From Chloroflexota bacterium (GTDB taxonomy: Bacteria > Chloroflexota > UBA11872 > VXNJ01), in contig JAPOWW010000001.1 of NCBI GenBank assembly GCA_026707405.1, positions 192,136 through 256,135 of the forward strand: a DNA stretch of 64,000 nucleotides, written 5' to 3'. The position numbers and the translations under genes are program-made. The stretch's first letter is position 1; every line of letters starts with the position of its first letter. Positions 1 through 9,699 of this stretch are shown piece by piece. The notes beneath the pieces were generated by a model that saw nothing but the letters and a program-made list of their open reading frames with translations, did not search any database and had not been told where the DNA came from.

Positions 1-1902
1 TCCCTGAAAGTCCTGGCGCTCGAGGGCGAGTTTGCGATGACGGAGGGACACGCCCAGGAGCTCAAGACGTCGGCTCTCTCGCAAAAGGTGGGCAAGCGAC
101 TTCGCATCCTGCTCTCCTACAACAACGCCGGAATCGACGACAGCCTTGTCGGTGGAGTTATCGATTCAAAGTTCGATGCTTACGATCTGGTCGGTCAATG
201 GGTCTCGTATGGATGGAACGTGTTCCAGATCGACGATGGAAACGACTTCGACCAGGTAATGGCGGTGCTGAAGGCGATGGAGGACTGGCCCCAGAGCGAC
301 CGGCGGCCGATGATCGTTATCGGCAACACGGTCAAGGGCTGGTGGCCGGGCGCGGTGGATGGCAAGGTCAACGGTCAGGACCAGCTTGTCGGCTATCCGA
401 GCCATCCGTACGCGATGAAGATGAACAGCGAGTATTTCGTATCGCTGGCTCGGAGCTTCGAGCAGCGCTACGGGGTTGAGTTCCAGGGCATCGACGACGG
501 TCCGGTGACTGACGAGCGCGAAAGGCTGATCCAGTTCAAGACGAACGTGGACGTGGCCCTGTCGGTCATGGACTCGCAGCCCGGTCTGCGCGAGTGGATC
601 GCGAACAGGCTGGTTGACATCGCGGAAGAGGTTCCCGCCGATCTCCCGGTCCGAATACCGACCGAAAGCGATCCCTTCCTCGACGACAGGCTAAGGCCGG
701 CAAACCTGCCGGAAGAGCCGCAGTCGCTTTCGCTGGAGGACCCGGCTACTGGGGAGCGGGTAGAAGGAAGCGTGGAGCTGTTCAAGCAGGCTGGAGATGT
801 TGCCGGAACACGCCGGGCCATCTCCGAGATCGGCAAGTGGCTTAACTACGTGACCGAGAATCGGTTCCTGACGGTGGCCGCCGACCTGTCCGATTCGATT
901 AACGTCGAGCACGCCCACTTCCTGGATCACTACGATCCGGACAGCACCTTCGCGGGCACCAAGATCAAGGCTCCGATCCAGGAAGCCGTGAACGCGTCCA
1001 GCGTGGTCGGCCTTGTGGGCCAGACGGTTTCGTCCGATCCCAACATGCATGCCGGCGTATGGGGACTGAGCGGGACCTACGGTGCATTTACTCCGCTGAT
1101 GTACACGCCGGTGCGCGTGTTCAGCCAGCAAAACCAGGACAGCCCGTTCAACCTCGGCGTCCTGACGGTTCTTGCCGGGCACTCCGGACCCGAGACAGCC
1201 GCCGACGCGCGTACTCACTTCGGTATCTTCGCGCCGCAGGTGTGGACGTTGTTCCCTCGCGGCGAGGTGATAAACCTCTATTTCTGGGACTACAACGACG
1301 TTGCGCCGGGATTCTTCGCGGCTGTCGAGCATTCCGCTCGAACCAAAGAGGCGGGACTGATCGTCATTCACGTAGCGAGGCCCGACTTCCCGGTGGCAGA
1401 CAGGTCGATGTTCGCAGATTCGGACGTGAAGGCCGCCGCGAAGGGCGTCTACCTGTTGCGCGACTACGATCCGAATGCCGAGAAGATGGGGAACGTGTTC
1501 GTGCAGGGATCGAGTTCCACCTTCAATCTGGTCAGCATCTTGCCTGAGCTCGAGAAAGAAGGCATCAACGTTCGAGTCTCGGCGGTTATCAGCGAGGACC
1601 TGTTCAGGCTTCAGCCGCGTTCGTACCAGGAATCGATTCTTCCGGATGAAGCGAGATACGACTCGATGTTCGTCACCACGATGACGAAGCGCGTGCCTCA
1701 GCTGGCGAATATGGGACCGCTGACCGAGGAGTACTCATTGACCGCCGATTGGGATGACCGCTGGCGCACGGGCGGGTCGGAAGCGGACGTGATCGCGGAG
1801 TCTCGCCTGGACGCGGACTCGATTCTCGCGGGAATCATACGGTTCGCGCGGGATCGTGACGAGAGGTTGCAACGGCAGCGCGGCGCGCTGTCCGCCTTGT
1901 AG
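1..1902 (+). CDS. Transketolase-family thiamine-diphosphate enzyme, 5'-truncated by the window edge
   Basis: Frame 1 is open from nt 1. The motif LEGEFAMTEGHAQE...RLRILLSYNNAGIDD matches the transketolase TPP-binding signature GDGxxMEGxxxE...LIxxYDDNxISIDG. Downstream, AGHSGPETAADARTHFG resembles the GEDGPTHQ pyrimidine-binding motif. The protein is about 160 aa longer after the TPP motif than E. coli TktA. Confidence 0.6.
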   Translation, partial: SLKVLALEGEFAMTEGHAQELKTSALSQKVGKRLRILLSYNNAGIDDSLVGGVIDSKFDAYDLVGQWVSYGWNVFQIDDGNDFDQVMAVLKAMEDWPQSDRRPMIVIGNTVKGWWPGAVDGKVNGQDQLVGYPSHPYAMKMNSEYFVSLARSFEQRYGVEFQGIDDGPVTDERERLIQFKTNVDVALSVMDSQPGLREWIANRLVDIAEEVPADLPVRIPTESDPFLDDRLRPANLPEEPQSLSLEDPATGERVEGSVELFKQAGDVAGTRRAISEIGKWLNYVTENRFLTVAADLSDSINVEHAHFLDHYDPDSTFAGTKIKAPIQEAVNASSVVGLVGQTVSSDPNMHAGVWGLSGTYGAFTPLMYTPVRVFSQQNQDSPFNLGVLTVLAGHSGPETAADARTHFGIFAPQVWTLFPRGEVINLYFWDYNDVAPGFFAAVEHSARTKEAGLIVIHVARPDFPVADRSMFADSDVKAAAKGVYLLRDYDPNAEKMGNVFVQGSSSTFNLVSILPELEKEGINVRVSAVISEDLFRLQPRSYQESILPDEARYDSMFVTTMTKRVPQLANMGPLTEEYSLTADWDDRWRTGGSEADVIAESRLDADSILAGIIRFARDRDERLQRQRGALSAL

Positions 1903-2006
1903 ACCGGATCCGGCTGCGCACGCCGGACGCAGCGCTGGTCGGAACTGCGGTGTAGCTGGCTGGGTCGGGTTGGCTTTGGCTTGGCGTCGTTAGGCGAGAC
2001 GGCGAG

Positions 2007-3065
2007 CTATCCGCAGACTTGCTCGAACAGCCGCAGGTGGTTCAGGCCCATGACCTTGGCCAGGTCGTCGTCGCTCCAGCCGCGGTCTGACAGGCCTTCG
2101 GCAATCTGCTGAAAGTCTCCGGCGTCGGCCATTACGTCGCCGCCCCCGTCGAAGTCCGACCCGATCCCGACGCAGTCGATTCCGCCGACTTCGGCGAAGT
2201 GCTCAACGTGGTCTAGAAACCTGTCGAGCGATGGGGTTTCGGGGTCGACGAAATATGGAACCAAAGTCGCGCCAATTACTCCCCCTCCGCTGGCTATCGC
2301 GCGTATCTGGTCGTCGTCGAGGTTGCGGGGATGGTGGCTCAAGGCGCGGCAGCAGTTGTGAGTCCCGATCAGCGGCGCGCTCGACACGTCGACCGTGTCC
2401 CAGAATCCGCGGTCGCTGATGTGTGAGATATCCACGAGCATCCCGATGTCGTTCATGGCGCGCACGAGGCTCTTGCCGAACTTGGTCAAACCGCCGCCGG
2501 TCGCGTTCTCGAATGCGCCGTCGGCGGCGTCGGCCCGGTAGCTCCAGGTCAAGGTGATCGCTCTTACGCCAATCGAATAGAGCGCGGGCAAGACGTAAAG
2601 GCTTCGTTGCAGGACATCGGAGTTTTCCACGGCGAGCACCGCGGCTATACGGCCCTCGGAATGCAGCGCGTTGATTTCGTCGGTAGTAGTGGCGATGCCT
2701 ATCTGATCGGAATGGGCGTTCACCTCGGCGAGAAACCATCCGAACCCGTCGAGCGCGAACAACAGATGGTTGCCCAGCGCCCGAGTAACGTCGATTGCGA
2801 AATAGGCCACGTCGACCCCGCCGGCCTTCAGATTGGGGATGTCGACCTGGATAGGGGCGGCATCGCGACCTAGCGGATCGCGCAGCTCCGCGACTATGCT
2901 GGCGGGTTCGTCGATCGGCGGCGCTTCCGCTCCGAGGGGATCACGAACCGCAGCCACGCGCCGGGCGGGAGCGTCGGGTCCGGCGAGGCTTTGCCCGCCT
3001 CTCCTTATGAGGCTTACGATCGCGTCGTTGTGCGAATCGACGACGATGCTCGAAGAGTTCAGCAT
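2007..3065 (-). CDS. Membrane dipeptidase (peptidase family M19, renal dipeptidase-like)
   Basis: N-terminal VVDSHNDAI matches the M19 zinc-binding DxHxD motif, and the length (352 aa) fits the (beta/alpha)8 fold of this family. Confidence 0.8.
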   Translation of the reverse strand: MLNSSSIVVDSHNDAIVSLIRRGGQSLAGPDAPARRVAAVRDPLGAEAPPIDEPASIVAELRDPLGRDAAPIQVDIPNLKAGGVDVAYFAIDVTRALGNHLLFALDGFGWFLAEVNAHSDQIGIATTTDEINALHSEGRIAAVLAVENSDVLQRSLYVLPALYSIGVRAITLTWSYRADAADGAFENATGGGLTKFGKSLVRAMNDIGMLVDISHISDRGFWDTVDVSSAPLIGTHNCCRALSHHPRNLDDDQIRAIASGGGVIGATLVPYFVDPETPSLDRFLDHVEHFAEVGGIDCVGIGSDFDGGGDVMADAGDFQQIAEGLSDRGWSDDDLAKVMGLNHLRLFEQVCG

Positions 3066-3156
3066 TTCCGATTTTCCTCCTGACCGGTCTTGAGCCAGGC
3101 GTGCGGAAGCGAGCTTGCCGCAGCGTCAAGACTCGGACTGACACCGGTCAATTCAG

Positions 3157-4182
3157 CTATAAACCATCCGGTTCGTCGGAGACCTTTATCAGCAGTTTCC
3201 CGAAGTTTTCACCTTTCAGGAGTCCGAAGAATGCCTCGGGCGCATTTTCGAGCCCCTCGACGACATCCTCCTTGTACTTGATCCGTCCTTCATCGATCCA
3301 TTCCGCCATCTGCCGCCGGCCGTCGGGATATTGCTCCTCGAAGTCGAACACGAGGAATCCCTCCATGCGCGCGCGGCGCACTAGAAGCTTCCGCGTTGGA
3401 CGCGGCGCGATCTCGGGGGTGGGCAGGTTGTATTCCGAGATCATCCCGCAAATCACGATGCGAGCGCCGACATTGATGTTCTGGAGGGTCGCGTCGAGAA
3501 TCTTGCCGCCTACGTTGTCGAAGTACACGTCCACGCCGTCGGGACAGAGACGTTGAATCTCGCGCTTAACATCAGCGGTCCGGTGATTGATAGAGGCGTC
3601 GTAACCGAGCTCATCGGCGACGTAGGAGCACTTGGCCTCGGTCCCGGCGATGCCGACTACCCGGCAGCCCTTGATCTTCGCAATCTGGCCGACCAGGCCG
3701 CCCACCGCGCCCGAGGCCGCCGAGACCAATACGGTTTCAGCGGATTTGGGTCTACCGACTTCCAGGAATCCGAAGTACGCCGTCATCCCCGGCATCCCCA
3801 GGACGCCGAGCGCGGTAGAAATGGGCGCCAGCGAAGGGTCAACCACCCGCACTTCTTCGCCGCTCAGCACTGCGTATTCCTGCCAGCCGATACGGCCCTG
3901 GACGATTGAGCCTTCCGCAACGTCGGGATGCCGGGATGATTCCACCACTCCAACGGCGCCCGCCTCGATCACGTCGCCGATCTGGTTGGGAGTGGTGTAA
4001 GACGGGCCCGGCCTCATGCGCCCCCGCATGTACGGATCGAGTGACATGTAGATCGAGCGGACCAGGACCTGTCCCGGGCTGGGCTCCGGGATAGGTGCGG
4101 TCGCGAACTCGAAGTTGTCCAGGCTTGGCTCGCCAGTCGGATAACTGGCGAGCAGCCAGCGCCGGTTGACTCGATCCGCCAT
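3157..4182 (-). CDS. NADP-dependent oxidoreductase, medium-chain dehydrogenase/reductase family (YncB / prostaglandin-reductase-like)
   Basis: 341 aa. The cofactor loop AASGAVGGLVGQIAK and overall MDR architecture are present, with no catalytic zinc ligands. Confidence 0.8.
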   Translation of the reverse strand: MADRVNRRWLLASYPTGEPSLDNFEFATAPIPEPSPGQVLVRSIYMSLDPYMRGRMRPGPSYTTPNQIGDVIEAGAVGVVESSRHPDVAEGSIVQGRIGWQEYAVLSGEEVRVVDPSLAPISTALGVLGMPGMTAYFGFLEVGRPKSAETVLVSAASGAVGGLVGQIAKIKGCRVVGIAGTEAKCSYVADELGYDASINHRTADVKREIQRLCPDGVDVYFDNVGGKILDATLQNINVGARIVICGMISEYNLPTPEIAPRPTRKLLVRRARMEGFLVFDFEEQYPDGRRQMAEWIDEGRIKYKEDVVEGLENAPEAFFGLLKGENFGKLLIKVSDEPDGL

Positions 4183-4298
4183 CAGCCATACCTCCCGAAA
4201 CCGTTTTTGAACGGCTGTCCTTCGCGACGCCGCGCGTGCGAATCGTATAACGTTACGTCGATCTTAGTAGACAGCCGCACCGGATTGCGGGAGATCCG

Positions 4299-5978
4299 AT
4301 GAGCACCAACTATCCGACGAGAATGGACCTAGACGTCCGCGTCGCGATGCGGGACGGAGTGGAGCTCTCGGCGGACATCTACCTGCCCGATTCGCCGGGT
4401 AAATATCCGGCGCTGCTAAACCGGACGCCCTATAGCAACAACGAGGACGATACGGTCGAGCGCGCGAGGTTCATGGCGGGACAAGGCTATGCGGTGGTGG
4501 TGCAGGATGTTCGGGGGCGGTGGGACTCGGACGGCGTCTACTATCCGTTCACAGACGAAGCTGACGACGGTTTCGACACCCAACAGTGGATCGGCGAGCA
4601 GCCCTGGTCGAACGGCAAGATCGGTACCTACGGCTCTTCATATGGAGGGATGGTCCAGTGGCAGGCGGCTCCCCAAGCGAGCCCTTATTTGACATGCATG
4701 GCGCCGCGGGTCGGGCCCTCAGACTTCTGGGACCACTGGGTCTACTCGCATGGAGCATTCCAGCTCGGGTTCATGGGGACATGGGGAATGACGACCAACT
4801 CGCGCACCAATCAGAATATCGATTTCCACGACTGGGCAACGGTGTTCAAGTCACTACCCATCGCCGAGACCGACGAAGCCGCGGGGCGGAGCGTCGGTTT
4901 CTGGAAGGATTGGGTGGCGCACAGCTCCTATGACGACTACTGGATGCGACTCACCAACCGGGGCAAATATGGACAGGTGAAGGCTCCCGCCTACAACTTG
5001 GGTGGGTGGTACGACATCTTCGTGGCCGGCACGTTCGAGAACTTCAGCAGCATGAGAAAACATGGAGGTTCACCGGAAGCCCGAAAAAGCAAGCTCCTAT
5101 GTGGTCCCTGGATGCATCCGATCGGCACTTCAACCAAGACGGGTGATATCGACTTCGGGGGGCATTCGCTTGTCGATATCGGGGCCGAGGAGCTGCGCTG
5201 GTTCGACTACTGGCTCAAGGGCGAGGACAACGGCATCGCCGACGAGCCGCCGATCCGGCTGTTCATCATGGGAAGCAACGTCTGGCGGGATGAGCACGAA
5301 TGGCCGCTCGACCGGACCGATTGGCAGAAGTGGTACCTGCACTCGGGCGGCAACGCGAACACTCTTCACGGAGATGGGACGCTCAGCCCGGACACTCCTT
5401 CGGACGAGCCGGCGGATACGTTCGTCTACGATCCGATGGTGCCGGTCCAGACGCTCGGCGGAAACAACTGCTGCAATCCGGAGATAGTTCCGTGGGGGCC
5501 TTACGATCAACGGCCCGTCGAGATGCGAGGGGACGTGCTCTGCTACACCAGCGCGCCGCTTGAGAAGGACGTCGAGGTTACGGGGCCGATCAAGCTGACG
5601 CTGTTTGCGGAATCGGACGCGCGCGACACCGACTGGACGGGAAAGCTCGTAGACGTTCGACCTGACGGGTACGCGCTGAACCTGTGCGACGGTATTGTCC
5701 GCGCGCGGTTTCGCGACGATCCCGTCAATCCCACGCTCGTCGATCCGGGGAAGGTCTACGAATACCGGCTTGATCTGGACGTAACGGGAAACGTGTTCAA
5801 GCGCGGTCACCGGATCAGGATCGACGTGTCGTCCAGCAACTTTCCGCGGTTCGACCGCAACCTCAATACGGGGGGAGTCCTGGGACGGGAGCTGGAGTTC
5901 CGGACGGCTCGGCAGACAATACATCACTCGTCGCGCTACCCGTCGCACGTTACGCTGCCGGTTATCCCGCCAGCGTAG
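4299..5978 (+). CDS. CocE/NonD-family alpha/beta hydrolase (S15 X-Pro dipeptidyl-peptidase-like)
   Basis: MRDGVELSADIYLP...NRTPY is the typical S15 N-terminus. GSSYGG is the nucleophile elbow. A C-terminal beta-sandwich domain follows. Total length is 559 aa. Confidence 0.8.
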   Translation: MSTNYPTRMDLDVRVAMRDGVELSADIYLPDSPGKYPALLNRTPYSNNEDDTVERARFMAGQGYAVVVQDVRGRWDSDGVYYPFTDEADDGFDTQQWIGEQPWSNGKIGTYGSSYGGMVQWQAAPQASPYLTCMAPRVGPSDFWDHWVYSHGAFQLGFMGTWGMTTNSRTNQNIDFHDWATVFKSLPIAETDEAAGRSVGFWKDWVAHSSYDDYWMRLTNRGKYGQVKAPAYNLGGWYDIFVAGTFENFSSMRKHGGSPEARKSKLLCGPWMHPIGTSTKTGDIDFGGHSLVDIGAEELRWFDYWLKGEDNGIADEPPIRLFIMGSNVWRDEHEWPLDRTDWQKWYLHSGGNANTLHGDGTLSPDTPSDEPADTFVYDPMVPVQTLGGNNCCNPEIVPWGPYDQRPVEMRGDVLCYTSAPLEKDVEVTGPIKLTLFAESDARDTDWTGKLVDVRPDGYALNLCDGIVRARFRDDPVNPTLVDPGKVYEYRLDLDVTGNVFKRGHRIRIDVSSSNFPRFDRNLNTGGVLGRELEFRTARQTIHHSSRYPSHVTLPVIPPA

Positions 5979-6002
5979 ACTTCGCGCGGCGAAGCTCCAG
6001 GG

Positions 6003-6683
6003 CTAAAGCGGACCGAGCGCCTTGTAAGTGGTCCTGTCGGAGATCTTGGCGTCGATAAACCCGCGTCTGCGCTCGCCGCACTTGCCGCAGATTCCGCAGT
6101 GCTCGCCGTCGACCGGGTCGGCGCACGAGAGCGATAGCTCGATGGGGAAGCCCCGACCTGCGCGAAGGACGTCGGACTTGTGCATGTCGAGAAGGGGGGT
6201 GAGCACATGGAGCTCACAATCGAGCGCGAGTCCCGCCGCCCCTTCAAGGCTCCGCAGAAACTCAGGCGTGGCATCGGGGAATGGATTGCTCTTGAGAATG
6301 CCTATCGCAATGTTCGGGACGTCCGCGATCGATCCGTAGGTCGCGGCGACGCTGAGCAGCAGGAGATTCCTGCCCGGCAGGAAGAAGTCCGAGTCGGGAG
6401 CCATCGCATCGGGTACGGCTTCGCCTCCGGTGCTCCAATGTCCGCTGTAAAGTCCGCCCCGGCCGAATTCGAGCTCCGCGACCGGCCTTACATGCTCGGC
6501 GTCGAGCGCCTGGAAAAACCTGCCGAGCGCGTTCAGCTCGGCGTCCTCCCACTTCAGGCCGGAGCGAATGAACAGCGGGGTTATCTCTCGATAGGTTCTC
6601 GCCAGCAGGGCGGTCATGATGCAGCTATCGAGTCCGCTCACAAGCGAGATGACTCGGCTGTTTGGTTCTGGGCGGTCATTCAT
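6003..6683 (-). CDS. queC: 7-cyano-7-deazaguanine synthase-like PP-loop ATPase (QueC family, divergent P-loop)
   Basis: SGLDS is a PP-loop variant of SGGxDS. LPGRNLLLL matches the QueC motif VPGRNILFL. The C-terminal zinc motif CGICGKCGERRRGF is present. Confidence 0.65.
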   Translation of the reverse strand: MNDRPEPNSRVISLVSGLDSCIMTALLARTYREITPLFIRSGLKWEDAELNALGRFFQALDAEHVRPVAELEFGRGGLYSGHWSTGGEAVPDAMAPDSDFFLPGRNLLLLSVAATYGSIADVPNIAIGILKSNPFPDATPEFLRSLEGAAGLALDCELHVLTPLLDMHKSDVLRAGRGFPIELSLSCADPVDGEHCGICGKCGERRRGFIDAKISDRTTYKALGPL

Positions 6684-6819
6684 GCGTGTGACCCCATCGA
6701 TATCCGCCTTGTGACGCGAAGGCGCGGAGCGCGCGTGGTAACTTAGGTTCGGTTGCTCCGGGCGGTTTGCCGCGCGGTCTCGCGGCCGGCAAAGAGACCC
6801 TACTCCTCAGAGATCGCGA

Positions 6820-7554
6820 ATGAAGCTTGACGGCGCTACGGTGGTAGTCACCGGGGGTGCGCGGCGCGTCGGGCGGCACGTGGCCCGGCGGATGGCCGAA
6901 CGCGGCGCGAATATCGTGGTCAACTACCGTACTTCGGCAGACGAGGCCGCCGAAGCCGTCGGGGAGTTCAAGACGCTGGGCGTCGACGCGCTCGCAGTTC
7001 AGGGGGACGTTTCCACCTACGACGGAGTTGCGGCGGTGCGCGATGCCGCCATTCACAGGTTTGGCTCGGTCGAGGTGCTGGTCAATAACGCGTCGATCTA
7101 TTATCCGACTCCCATAGACGAGCTTACCGAGGACGATTTGGACCGCAATATCGCGGTCAACCTGAAGGGGCCGTTTCTCGGCTGCTGGCTTTTCGGGTTG
7201 CACATGCGTGACCACGGCGGGGGAAAAATAGTCAACGTTGCGGACTGGGCGGTGGATCGTCCGTACAAGAACTACGCACCCTACTTCGCAGCAAAAGGCG
7301 GCGTCGTTGCGTTGACGAAAGTCATGGCCAAGGAACTCGCTCCAACCGTGCTTGTAAATGCCATAGCTCCGGGGCCAATCTTATTGCCGGAGGACTTCAC
7401 ACCCGAAATGATCCGGGGCGTCGAGAGGGCCACGCTTGTCAAGCGAATCGGGAATCCTGAGGATATAGCGCAAACGGCGCTGTACTTGATCGAAGGCACC
7501 GACTTCGTGACCGGCGCCGTGATTACCGTCGACGGGGGACGGCAAGTCGTTTAG
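6820..7554 (+). CDS. folM: SDR-family pteridine/dihydromonapterin reductase (FolM-like)
   Basis: TGGARRVGRHVA and NYRT match E. coli FolM TGGGRRIG and SYRT. VNAIAPGPILLPED matches FolM VNSIAPSLILF. VTGAVITVDGGRQV matches FolM VTGRSFPLDGGRHL. The catalytic YxxxK (YFAAK) is present. Confidence 0.7.
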   Translation: MKLDGATVVVTGGARRVGRHVARRMAERGANIVVNYRTSADEAAEAVGEFKTLGVDALAVQGDVSTYDGVAAVRDAAIHRFGSVEVLVNNASIYYPTPIDELTEDDLDRNIAVNLKGPFLGCWLFGLHMRDHGGGKIVNVADWAVDRPYKNYAPYFAAKGGVVALTKVMAKELAPTVLVNAIAPGPILLPEDFTPEMIRGVERATLVKRIGNPEDIAQTALYLIEGTDFVTGAVITVDGGRQVV

Positions 7555-7564
7555 TGATGATTGA

Positions 7565-8032
7565 GTGGACATGATGTATGAGATCGTAAAACGTGTCGAT
7601 TTTTCGTTCGGTCACCGACTCGTCGACTACCAAGGCAAATGCAACCGGCCTCACGGCCATAACGGCGTAGCGGAGATCCGTCTTGCCACCGATACGCTCG
7701 ACGAAGCCGGCATGGTGGCGGATTTCGGCGACGTTGGCGACGCGGTAGGCGGCTGGATAAAAGCCCATCTCGACCATCGAATGATCCTACGGGCGGACGA
7801 TCCTCTGGCCAGGGCGGTGGCAGCGCTTGGTGACGACGCGTATCTCATGGCCGAGGAGCCAACCGCCGAGAACATGGCGAGAATGATCTACGGCAAGGCC
7901 TCTGAGATGGGACTGCCCATAGTGAGCGTAACCATGTGGGAGACTCCCGACTCGCGCGCGACCTATGCCCCATCCCAGACGGAGTCCAAGGAGGGCGACG
8001 GAGTGGTCGAGAGGAGTGCGGCGCTAGTTTAG
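7565..8032 (+). CDS. queD: 6-carboxy-5,6,7,8-tetrahydropterin synthase (QueD / PTPS family)
   Basis: The CxxxHGH motif (CNRPHGHN) and the N-terminal zinc His (FSFGHRL) are present. Size is 155 aa. Confidence 0.8.
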   Translation: MDMMYEIVKRVDFSFGHRLVDYQGKCNRPHGHNGVAEIRLATDTLDEAGMVADFGDVGDAVGGWIKAHLDHRMILRADDPLARAVAALGDDAYLMAEEPTAENMARMIYGKASEMGLPIVSVTMWETPDSRATYAPSQTESKEGDGVVERSAALV

Positions 8033-8346
8033 ACGCGACGCATCATGTGTGAATGTTGAAGCGACGCGAGTAAATCGGAGTGAGGCCGCGCGCCGGGCGA
8101 ATTGTGTGACATAATATGTTGACGGTCCGAAGCGGGCCGTCTTGTTTGTGTTTGGCGGGAGCGATTCGAAGTGCCGTCGAGAGACGATAGGTCAGTTATC
8201 ACCCTGGCTTGCGGGGAATGCAATAGGCGCAACTACGCCACCACCAAAAATCGCCGAAACAATACGGGCAGGCTCCAGCTAAAGAAATATTGTCGTTGGT
8301 GCCGGCAGCATACCGACCACCGGGAGACGCGTTAGGCTAATACCTG

Positions 8347-8604
8347 ATGGCAGTCGCGAAGCGAAGAAGCAAGCGCCGGACTAGACGCCGGTCTTCCGCC
8401 GGCGGCTTCAGGTCATTCCTCGACCGCGGGCCGTTCCGGTTTGTACGCGACACTTATGGCGAGCTTCGCCGCTCGCACTGGCCTTCGCAGCAGGAGACGA
8501 CCAGACTTACGCTAATAGTTCTCGGCGTATGCCTGCTGCTTGCGGCTATTTTGGGGACCTTCGACTTTGGACTGTCCCGGTTGAGTGAATTGATATTCGG
8601 CTAG
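8347..8604 (+). CDS. secE: Preprotein translocase subunit SecE
   Basis: A basic N-terminus is followed by a single C-terminal transmembrane helix. The gene lies immediately upstream of nusG, which is the conserved position. Confidence 0.8.
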   Translation: MAVAKRRSKRRTRRRSSAGGFRSFLDRGPFRFVRDTYGELRRSHWPSQQETTRLTLIVLGVCLLLAAILGTFDFGLSRLSELIFG

Positions 8605-8623
8605 ATATGTTGAGGCGGTCGAG

Positions 8624-9190
8624 TTGATTGACGAAGACAGAACACGCGGACAGTGGTACGTCCTAAACACGTATTCGGGCTACGAAAACAAAGTGAATGA
8701 CAACCTCCGGCACAGAATCGAGACGATGGAAGCCGAGGACAAGGTGTTCGAAATCGTAGTGCCGGAGGAAGAGGTGGAGGAAGTCCGGCAGGGCGAACGG
8801 CGGCGTGTCAAGCGCAAGATGTATCAAGGTTACGTCCTGGTGCGGATGGAGATGGACGACCAATCGTGGTTTGTCGTCAGAAACACTCCGGGCGTTGTGA
8901 ACTTCGTCGGGACCGGCAACCGGCCGACGCCCTTGCCTCAGGCAGAAGTCGATGAGATCTTTAAGCAGATCGCCGGCGAAGTCGCGCGTCCGCAGGTGAG
9001 CCTCGCGGTTGGCGAAATGGTCAAGATCATCGACGGTCCGTTCTCCGAGTTCCTGGGCACGGTGGACGAAGTCAACCAGGACAAAGGCAGAGTCCGGGTA
9101 ATGGTCTCGTTCTTTGGCCGCGATACCCCTGTAGAGCTGGACTTTCTGCAGGTGGAGCGTGTTAAAGGCGGATCGCCCATTCCGGGTTAG
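8624..9190 (+). CDS. nusG: Transcription termination/antitermination factor NusG
   Basis: An N-terminal WYVLNTYSGYE NGN domain and a C-terminal KOW motif (GEMVKIIDGPFSEFLGTV) are both present. Confidence 0.9.
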   Translation: MIDEDRTRGQWYVLNTYSGYENKVNDNLRHRIETMEAEDKVFEIVVPEEEVEEVRQGERRRVKRKMYQGYVLVRMEMDDQSWFVVRNTPGVVNFVGTGNRPTPLPQAEVDEIFKQIAGEVARPQVSLAVGEMVKIIDGPFSEFLGTVDEVNQDKGRVRVMVSFFGRDTPVELDFLQVERVKGGSPIPG

Positions 9191-9223
9191 AGCGACAATT
9201 CATTAACGAGGAATAGCTGAGAT

Positions 9224-9652
9224 TTGGCGAAGAAAGTTCTGACAGTGGTAAAACTCCAGCTGTCAGCCGGCGAGGCGACCGTAGCACCGCCGGTTGGCCC
9301 AAGCCTGGGGCAACATGGTGTAAACAGCGTTCAGTTTTGCAAGGAATACAACGAGCGGACCCGAGCGCAGCAGGGATCGATTATTCCGGTAGAGGTAACC
9401 ATCTTTGCCGACAGGTCGTACTCGTTCATAACCAAAACGCCGCCGACCAGCGATTTGCTCAGAAAGGCTGCCGGCGTCGAAAAAGGAAGCGGCACGCCCC
9501 GTAATGAGATCGTGGGAAGCGTTTCCAGGAGTCAACTGCGCCAGATCGCCGAAGTCAAGATGCCCGATCTCAACGCAATGGACGTGGAAGCGGCCGAAAA
9601 GGTGGTCGCCGGCACGGCTCGCAGCATGGGGCTGAGAATCGGCTCGGAATAG
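9224..9652 (+). CDS. rplK: 50S ribosomal protein L11
   Basis: [25 protein letters not shown] is the canonical L11 N-terminus. Confidence 0.9.
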   Translation: MAKKVLTVVKLQLSAGEATVAPPVGPSLGQHGVNSVQFCKEYNERTRAQQGSIIPVEVTIFADRSYSFITKTPPTSDLLRKAAGVEKGSGTPRNEIVGSVSRSQLRQIAEVKMPDLNAMDVEAAEKVVAGTARSMGLRIGSE

Positions 9653-9699
9653 GCAAGAAATAGACGGAGGTCGAGTAACCGTGAGATCGGAAATCGAGG

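Noticed and set aside
5130-5948. 272-aa minus-strand ORF
   Set aside because: It is antisense to the CocE/NonD hydrolase gene, Arg-rich and lacks motifs.
6684-6819. Possible preQ1 riboswitch in the queC-like upstream region
   Set aside because: The region lacks the conserved preQ1-I/II sequence elements (the CCC...AAAAAACUA core). It looks like a plain divergent promoter region.
8033-8346. Possible tRNA-Trp upstream of secE, as in many bacteria
   Set aside because: No cloverleaf or GTTCGAAT-type T-loop could be found in the 314-nt spacer.
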